From positions 32,001 through 96,000 of the forward strand of contig JBPCLP010000009.1 in assembly GCA_051003195.1 (NCBI GenBank): a DNA stretch of 64,000 bases, written 5' to 3'. This stretch comes from Candidatus Sumerlaeaceae bacterium (GTDB taxonomy: Bacteria > Sumerlaeota > Sumerlaeia > Sumerlaeales > Sumerlaeaceae). This document shows positions 58,175 to 64,000 of the stretch, piece by piece. The notes beneath the pieces are model-generated. The model saw only the letters and a program-made list of their open reading frames with translations. It searched no databases and had not been told where the DNA came from. How positions within the stretch are numbered: position 1 is the first letter of the stretch; each line of letters begins with the position of its first letter. Position numbers and translations under genes: made by a program.

Positions 58175-58930
58175 ATGGCTCGTACGCCGATCCTGGCAGG
58201 AAACTGGAAGATGTACAAATCGAGGCAGGACGCCGCCGACCTGGCGAATGGCCTCGCTGCTGCAGTCGGTACTTACCAGCAGGCAGAGGTCGTTCTCTGC
58301 CCCACGTTTACCAGCCTTGAAACCGTGGCGAACGCCATTCGCGGAACACGCATAAAACTTGGTGCTCAAAATTGCCACTGGGAAGACCATGGCGCGTTCA
58401 CGGGCGAGATTTCCCCGCTTATGCTGAAAGACGCCGGATGCGATTATGTCATTATTGGTCATAGCGAACGGCGGCAGTTCTTCGGCGAGACCGATGAGGG
58501 TATTAACAAGAAGGCGCAGGCGCTTTATAAGCACGGCCTGACGCCGATAATCTGCGTGGGAGAGACATTGCAGGACCGCGAGGCAGACAAGACAAGTGAT
58601 GTGGTGAGTACGCAACTGCGCGGATGCCTCAATGGTTTGGCTGCCGATAAAATTGCCGCCAGCGTGATCGCGTACGAGCCCGTATGGGCGATAGGCACCG
58701 GCAAAACTGCAAGCAAGGAACAGGCACAGGAAGTTCATGCGCTGATCCGTGGATTACTCGCGGAGCTGTACACCAGGGACGTGGCCGAACAGGTGCGAAT
58801 CCAGTACGGCGGAAGTGTGAAGCCGCAGAATGTTCGCGAACTGATGCAGCAACCGGATATCGACGGGGCGCTCGTCGGGGGAGCAAGCCTTGAAGCCGAC
58901 TCCTTTGCGGCTATTGTGAAGTTTGACTGA
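58175..58930 (+). CDS. tpiA: Triosephosphate isomerase
   Basis: AGNWKM, GHSERR, AYEPVWAIGTG, YGGSVKP, LVGGASL; AAGGAG RBS before ATG 58175. Confidence 0.98.
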   Translation: MARTPILAGNWKMYKSRQDAADLANGLAAAVGTYQQAEVVLCPTFTSLETVANAIRGTRIKLGAQNCHWEDHGAFTGEISPLMLKDAGCDYVIIGHSERRQFFGETDEGINKKAQALYKHGLTPIICVGETLQDREADKTSDVVSTQLRGCLNGLAADKIAASVIAYEPVWAIGTGKTASKEQAQEVHALIRGLLAELYTRDVAEQVRIQYGGSVKPQNVRELMQQPDIDGALVGGASLEADSFAAIVKFD

Positions 58931-58978
58931 GGGTTCAGTCGCTAAGCAGGATCAACATAACGAGTTAGCGGGAGTAAG

Positions 58979-60649
58979 ATGAGTCGGAAGGCATCGGCGT
59001 TTCAGCAGGCACGATGGGCATATGAACCGAAGGTCCCGGCAGTACTGCGGGCCGTCACCATTGGCATTGAGGAATCGCCTGCCACGCATACGGACGCAGC
59101 CCATGATGACGAAATCAAGGGACTGTTCCCAAACACCTTCAATAAGCCGCTCGTGCGACTTGTTGAAAACGGCGGACCTGGATTGAGTAACAGCCCACTG
59201 ACGGTTGGGGTGGTGCTTTCGGGCGGACCGGCGCCTGGGGGGCATAACTGCATAGCTGGTCTTTTTGAGGCGCTGCAAACCGCCAATCCGAGCAGCCGCC
59301 TGCTCGGATTCATTGGGGGACCCAAAGGCGTCATCGACGGCCATTTCAAAGAGATCACTGCCGAACTGGTGCACGAATACCGCAATACCGGCGGATTCGA
59401 CATGATTGGTAGCGGTCGCGATAAGATTGAGAGCGCTGCCGATCTTCAGAAAAGCAAAGAGAGCCTGACCTACCACGGGGTACAGTCGCTGGTAGTGATT
59501 GGCGGCGATGATTCCAATACTAACGCGGCAATCCTTGCCGAATTTTTTGTGGCCGAGAATGCCGGCATCCAGGTGATCGGATTGCCGAAGACCATCGACG
59601 GCGACATGAAGAATGAGATCATCGAGTCGTCATTCGGTTTTGATACCGCGGCAAAGACATACTCGAACCTGGTGGCGAATGTCGCGCGCGACGCCATGTC
59701 GTCGCGCAAATACACGCATTTCATCAAGCTGATGGGACGCGCGGCAAGCCACGTCGCGCTCGAGGTCGCACTCCAGGTCCAGCCGAATATCACCCTTATT
59801 TCAGAAGAAGTACGCGCGAAGGGACTGCGCCTTGGCGACGTGGTGGAAGACATCGTCGATATGGTCGTGAAGCGCTCGGAGGCCGGGCGCAGTTACGGCA
59901 TCGTGGTGGTGCCCGAAGGTCTGCTCGAGTTTCTGGCGGATTTCGAATCGCTGCTCAAAGATCTCGGTCACATCCACAAGACCGAAGAAGATGTTTTGCA
60001 GAGCTTCGACACGGATGAAGCGCGGCGCCAGTTTGTGAACTCCAAGTTGCCGGCAGAAAGCGCGAAGATTTACTCCTCATTGCCAGATGACATCCAGCAC
60101 GTGCTGCTGCGCCTGGACAAACACGGAAATATACCGGTGTCGCAACTACAGACCGAGGCACTGCTGATCGACCTTGTGAAGCTCCGCATTCGCGAGCTGA
60201 AGCGGATGGGGAATTTTAATGGCTCCTTCGAGCCGCTGGCGCACTTCTTTGGATATGAAGGCCGCTGTGTGGCCCCATCGAACTTTGACGCAGATTATTG
60301 CTACGCGCTGGGAATGGCGGCGGCGCACCTGGTTCGGGCGGGCCTCACCGGCTACACTGTCTTCGCCAGTAATATGAGCGAATCCGCGGACCAGTGGGTA
60401 ATGGGCGGGGTACCGGTGACGAGCATGCTGAACATGGAGCTGCGCAAGGGCAAGATGAAGCCAGTGATCAAGAAAGCTCTCGTGGATCTGGAAGGGGCTC
60501 CGTTTCGGCGTTTTGCCGAGAATCGCGCCAACTGGAAATATACGGATAACTTCCTGTTTGCAGGCCCGATCCAGTATTACGGGCCGGGCGAGGTGTGCGA
60601 CGCATTAACCGCGACGCTGAGCCTCGAGCGAGAGGTCGTGCCTGCCTGA
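58979..60649 (+). CDS. pfp: Pyrophosphate-dependent 6-phosphofructokinase (long clade)
   Basis: SGGPAPGGHN, IGGDDSNTNA (GGDD, PPi-type), PKTIDGD, KLMGR, FFGYEGR. Confidence 0.93.
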   Translation: MSRKASAFQQARWAYEPKVPAVLRAVTIGIEESPATHTDAAHDDEIKGLFPNTFNKPLVRLVENGGPGLSNSPLTVGVVLSGGPAPGGHNCIAGLFEALQTANPSSRLLGFIGGPKGVIDGHFKEITAELVHEYRNTGGFDMIGSGRDKIESAADLQKSKESLTYHGVQSLVVIGGDDSNTNAAILAEFFVAENAGIQVIGLPKTIDGDMKNEIIESSFGFDTAAKTYSNLVANVARDAMSSRKYTHFIKLMGRAASHVALEVALQVQPNITLISEEVRAKGLRLGDVVEDIVDMVVKRSEAGRSYGIVVVPEGLLEFLADFESLLKDLGHIHKTEEDVLQSFDTDEARRQFVNSKLPAESAKIYSSLPDDIQHVLLRLDKHGNIPVSQLQTEALLIDLVKLRIRELKRMGNFNGSFEPLAHFFGYEGRCVAPSNFDADYCYALGMAAAHLVRAGLTGYTVFASNMSESADQWVMGGVPVTSMLNMELRKGKMKPVIKKALVDLEGAPFRRFAENRANWKYTDNFLFAGPIQYYGPGEVCDALTATLSLEREVVPA

Positions 60650-60809
60650 TCGGTTGGATAAGGCCGAGCCCCCGAGCTAACATGTGCAATTTAAGGCAGA
60701 GACAACAGCGATCAGAAATAGTTCCGTAGTGTTCATTTTTGCTTGATTTCCCCCGGCTGGAGATAAGATTCCAACACTTGAGGTTAGAAAATCTGTTGGA
60801 GGTTAGACC

Positions 60810-60989
60810 ATGAAGTTCTTAAAGATCGCTGTAGTTGCGGCGATGGCGGCTGGTCTGCTGGGTGGCTGCTGCTACTCCGCAAACACCAAATGCTATCCGT
60901 ATCCGCTGTATGACTATTCGCCTGCTCGCATCTGTGGCTCGCAGTGTGCCGCTCCTGCCTGCAATCCTTGCGGCCCTGGCGGCTACTGA
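60810..60989 (+). CDS. 59-aa Cys/Tyr/Pro-rich putative lipoprotein (not in ORF track)
   Basis: GGAGG RBS; MKFLKIAVVAAMAAGLLGG-CCYSANTKCYPYPLYDYSPARICGSQCAAPACNPCGPGGY*. Confidence 0.8.
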   Translation: MKFLKIAVVAAMAAGLLGGCCYSANTKCYPYPLYDYSPARICGSQCAAPACNPCGPGGY

Positions 60990-60993
60990 GGAT

Positions 60994-61215
60994 TTGGGTG
61001 CAGGTTGTAGAATCCTGCTGGCAGTGACCTGTGCCGCGGCGCTCTCCGGATGCGCCTCGACCAGATACGTGGCGCCCGGTTGCGCCGCACCGGCACCGAA
61101 GATGGGAGCAGGAGGCTTCGTGACAGGGACGTGCAAACCGAACGTCCCCCGCCCGTGGTCTCCCGCAGAAAACTATAGCGGTGCCGATGTCACCACCTGC
61201 CGGACCTACTACTGA
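60994..61215 (+). CDS. ~73-aa Cys-containing putative lipoprotein
   Basis: TTG start just after the previous stop (start uncertain); RILLAVTCAAALSG-C lipobox; ends TTCRTYY*. Confidence 0.6.
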   Translation: MGAGCRILLAVTCAAALSGCASTRYVAPGCAAPAPKMGAGGFVTGTCKPNVPRPWSPAENYSGADVTTCRTYY

Positions 61216-61238
61216 TCCCGCAAAAAGCATTAAAAGCG

Positions 61239-61266
61239 AAAGCCGCCGAAAGGCGGCTTTTTTTTT
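61239..61266 (+). terminator. Rho-independent terminator
   Basis: aaagccgcc-gaaa-ggcggcttt followed by a T run. Confidence 0.9.
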
Positions 61267-61450
61267 ATGCCTGCAAACAGCTTTTCAGCCGCATCGAAGC
61301 ACAGGCATCGCTACCTGTTAAGCGGGTCCCGCGATCAACTCCGCTGCCGGGCGAACTTGATCGGGCCCGGATTCCCGTCATGAAACGTTCCATGCTTGCC
61401 AGGACAGACGGCAATGTCTCACCTACTCTGGTCCCTAAAAGAAGATATAC

Positions 61451-62386
61451 GTGAACACACGCAAACACCTGCTCGGGCTCGAGGACGTATCCACTGAAGA
61501 GCTGACACGGATCCTGGACAACGCCGCCGGCATGAAAAATATCTTTACGCGCAGCGTGAAGAAGGTGCCTGCGCTACGCGGCAAAACGGTGTGCAGCCTC
61601 TTCTTTGAGAATTCAACCCGTACACGAACTTCTTTCGAGATCGCGGCGAAGCGTCTGTCGGCCGATGTCGTGAATTTCAACGTTGCTACCAGCAGCGTGG
61701 CGAAAGGCGAATCGATTCTCGACACTGCCCGGACTATCCAGGCGATGGGCGTGGATTACGTGGTGATGCGGCATGCCTGTCCCGGTACGCCTCACGTACT
61801 TTCGCAGCGGCTGAACATGAGCGTTATCAACGCCGGCGACGGCGCCCATGAGCACCCCACGCAAGGGCTGCTCGATGTCTTCACAATTCGCGATAAGAAG
61901 AAGAGACTGGAGGGGCTTAAGGTTGCCATCGTGGGTGACATCCTGCATTCGCGGGTTGCGCGCTCGAACATCTACGCGCTTACAAAACTTGGCGCGAGGG
62001 TGGCACTCGTAGGTCCCAGCACGCTTGTGCCGCGACAGTTCGAGAAACTTGGCTGCGAAATCCATCACGACCTCAAGAGTGGCATCGAAGGTGCCGACGT
62101 AATTAACCTGCTGCGGATCCAGCTCGAGCGGCAGCGCAGCAACCTGTTTCCTTCGATACGCGAGTATCGTTTGCTGTACGGCGTGACAAGCGAACGGCTT
62201 AAATGGGCGAAGCCCGACGTGCTCATCATGCATCCGGGCCCGGTAAATCGCGGCGTGGAGATCAGCCAGGAAGTTGCCGATGGCCCATTGTCCGTCATCG
62301 ATGAACAGGTCACCAATGGAATTGCCGTGCGAATGGCGGTGCTCTACATGCTCGCAGGAAGCAGCGAGGCCGTGGAAGAGGAATAG
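61451..62386 (+). CDS. pyrB: Aspartate carbamoyltransferase catalytic subunit
   Basis: [49 protein letters not shown]. Confidence 0.97.
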   Translation: MNTRKHLLGLEDVSTEELTRILDNAAGMKNIFTRSVKKVPALRGKTVCSLFFENSTRTRTSFEIAAKRLSADVVNFNVATSSVAKGESILDTARTIQAMGVDYVVMRHACPGTPHVLSQRLNMSVINAGDGAHEHPTQGLLDVFTIRDKKKRLEGLKVAIVGDILHSRVARSNIYALTKLGARVALVGPSTLVPRQFEKLGCEIHHDLKSGIEGADVINLLRIQLERQRSNLFPSIREYRLLYGVTSERLKWAKPDVLIMHPGPVNRGVEISQEVADGPLSVIDEQVTNGIAVRMAVLYMLAGSSEAVEEE

Positions 62387-62389
62387 GCC

Positions 62390-62517
62390 GGTGGATTGCG
62401 GCATAATGGGCCGCCTGGGAGACAGGACTACAGCAGGTCGCCGCCCAGCTTGCTCGTGACCTGCCTTGGGATCGAATCCAATCCACACAATGTGCCCGCT
62501 GGTACGTATTTAGCAAT
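62390..62517 (-). pseudogene. mazF: Decayed MazF/PemK toxin fragment
   Basis: KYVP / frameshift / IVWIGFDPKAGHEQAGRRPAVVLSP, then truncated; probable start codon reads ATT. Confidence 0.85.
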
Positions 62518-62519
62518 GG

Positions 62520-62749
62520 CTACCAGACTTCGCGCCCGACCGCCGGACCCCATTCTGCTTCACTATGCAAATTCGATTTCCGAACACCCTTTAGCAACTC
62601 ATCCAGGCTGAATTGTGGCCGTAAAGGCTTGATGACTAACTCCCCATCCACGTGCTGCATCTCGATCTCGCTCCCTTCTTGCAATTGAGCCTCAGCAGCG
62701 ATAGCCTTTGGAACGCGAACTACCAGGTTGTTTGCACGCGTGTTTTCAC
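62520..62749 (-). pseudogene. mazE: Frameshifted MazE (AbrB-type) antitoxin
   Basis: GGAGG RBS; GTG-KTRVQ, frameshift, then NLVVRVPKAIA..FSLDELLKG..NLHSEAEWGPAVGREVW*; span 230 nt, the usual KWG motif is missing. Confidence 0.85.
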
Positions 62750-62791
62750 AAAAGCCTCCGCCTTTGTATCTACTCGATGCGCTGTTGCCTA

Positions 62792-63268
62792 TTATTTAAT
62801 CTTTCTAAACAAGTTTACCATCTCCAGCGCGGCAAGCGCGGCTTCGTGGCCCTTGTTCATCATTTTGTCGCCGCTGCGCTCGATAGCCTGCTGCGCCGAC
62901 TCCACCGTCAGGAGCGCAATTCCCACCGCCAGTTTCGCATCCAGCGCAATTTTCGCAATGCCGCGCATAGCCTCGCCGGCGACAAACTGGTAATGATCCG
63001 TTTCGCCACGGATGACGCAGCCCACAACGATTACACCGTCGAAAAACTTCGCTTTCACGCCATGGTATACCACCCGCGCTACCAGGGGCGGAAGCTCAAG
63101 CGCTCCAGGGCACCAAAACAAATCGATATCACCATCGCCGACCCCGTTCTCACGCAGCGCGCTGGCAGCTCCGTCGACAAGCTTCTGCGTCACGAAATCG
63201 TTATAGCGACTTGCGACGATGGCAAATTTCAGCCCAGCTCCCTCGGTCGTCCCGCGAAATTCGTTCAT
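62792..63268 (-). CDS. ribH: 6,7-dimethyl-8-ribityllumazine synthase
   Basis: AIVASRYN, PGALELP, GCVIRGETDHY, QAIERSG, NKGHEAA. Confidence 0.96.
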   Translation of the reverse strand: MNEFRGTTEGAGLKFAIVASRYNDFVTQKLVDGAASALRENGVGDGDIDLFWCPGALELPPLVARVVYHGVKAKFFDGVIVVGCVIRGETDHYQFVAGEAMRGIAKIALDAKLAVGIALLTVESAQQAIERSGDKMMNKGHEAALAALEMVNLFRKIK

Positions 63269-63334
63269 GCTGCTGGTGTTCCGTTCGCGGGGTGTTGCTG
63301 CAACAAGAAAGCATTGCTGTCGTGCAGTTCCATC

Positions 63335-64000
63335 TCAGGAACGCCGCAGCGGTTTCATCACCGCGAATACAAAATCGCTCGTCAGCACGCCTTCTCGAAT
63401 CAGTGTAGCTTCGAAGTAAACAAGCAGGTCGATCAGCGCGCGATCGGCCGCGTTGTTCTCATCAAAGTTGGCGATAATGTCACCCAGCAGGAACTGCAGA
63501 AGCGTGCCTCCAAAATCGCCGCGGTGGTCCATGACGAAATACTTCTCGAAAACCGGCAGGATCTCGTCAGACCGCACGGATTCGCTCGGGTCGACTGCGA
63601 TCACCTGCTCGTGCGACAGCGGGAGAATGACATCCCGGTACGAGTTGTCCCGCGCCACGAATCTTTTCTCGCGCGGCAAAATCCGGAGCAGATCGTTCAT
63701 GAGCGCTCCGGCTTTTTCGCTCCACTGGTAACGCGACGGCCCAACGTACTCGTTCAGTATAAGGATGCCATCTGGCTTCAGTGCTTTGTGCAATTCGGAA
63801 GCGACATGCTCCAGGTGGGTCAGGTGATGGACCGAGTGGCTGGCGATAATGATATCATATGTGTCCGCTGAAAAAGTGATATGATCGAGATCGGCAACGT
63901 CATAGCGGATCGAGTCCTGGAACCCGACCGAACGCGCCTCTCGCCTCGCAATTTCAATCGCGGCCGCAGCGAAATCCAAACCCACCATCTGCCGGCAAAC
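63335..64000 (-). CDS. Class I SAM-dependent methyltransferase, 5' truncated by window edge
   Basis: GLDFAAAAI, ADLD, YDIIIASHSVHH, LKPDGILILNEYVGP; frame open to the edge. Confidence 0.85.
   Translation of the reverse strand, partial: VCRQMVGLDFAAAAIEIARREARSVGFQDSIRYDVADLDHITFSADTYDIIIASHSVHHLTHLEHVASELHKALKPDGILILNEYVGPSRYQWSEKAGALMNDLLRILPREKRFVARDNSYRDVILPLSHEQVIAVDPSESVRSDEILPVFEKYFVMDHRGDFGGTLLQFLLGDIIANFDENNAADRALIDLLVYFEATLIREGVLTSDFVFAVMKPLRRS

Noticed and set aside
60835..61215. 126-aa ORF as given in the track
   Set aside because: Its 5' half overlaps, in another frame, the better supported 60810-60989 ORF (strong RBS, lipobox). Only the 3' part is retained.
61270..61450. PyrR attenuator upstream of pyrB
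   Set aside because: A hairpin is possible (about 61325-61369), but I see no PyrR-binding consensus or terminator/antiterminator pair.
61613..62488. 291-aa ORF beginning with a MazF-like sequence
   Set aside because: Only the first ~25 residues are MazF-like; the rest is antisense to pyrB. Treated as a pseudogene fragment.

Overview
GC-rich bacterial chromosomal window, mostly housekeeping and envelope genes: ppdK, gap-tpiA-PPi-PFK, pcrA/uvrD, mutL, proB/proC, dapF, pyrB, ribH, corA, sufE-rhodanese, lolA/lptE-like, ABC transporters and tRNA-Ser(GGA). The lolA/lptE-like genes suggest a diderm. The short C-terminal tags on two secreted proteins resemble my recollection of Sumerlaeota (BRC1) proteins; this taxonomic call is unverified. 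I found no CRISPR array, integrase, transposase or reverse transcriptase. The most unusual signals are non-coding or missed by the ORF track. (1) A four-helix-bundle gene is enclosed by inverted heptamer-repeat arms, its 3' end is tandemly reiterated, and an internally deleted second cassette sits beside it (6635-7877). (2) A ~100-bp hairpin repeat family with IS630-like ends occurs at four loci, partly as tandem units sharing a CTAG-like junction. (3) Two unannotated tandem Cys/Tyr-rich mini-lipoproteins. (4) PPDK carries a histone-H1-like tail. (5) An FHA-GAF enhancer-binding protein has GAFAGA in place of GAFTGA. (6) A decayed mazEF pair and a 57-aa basic protein are absent from the ORF track. 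All product calls come from motif recognition by eye; no database searches were run.
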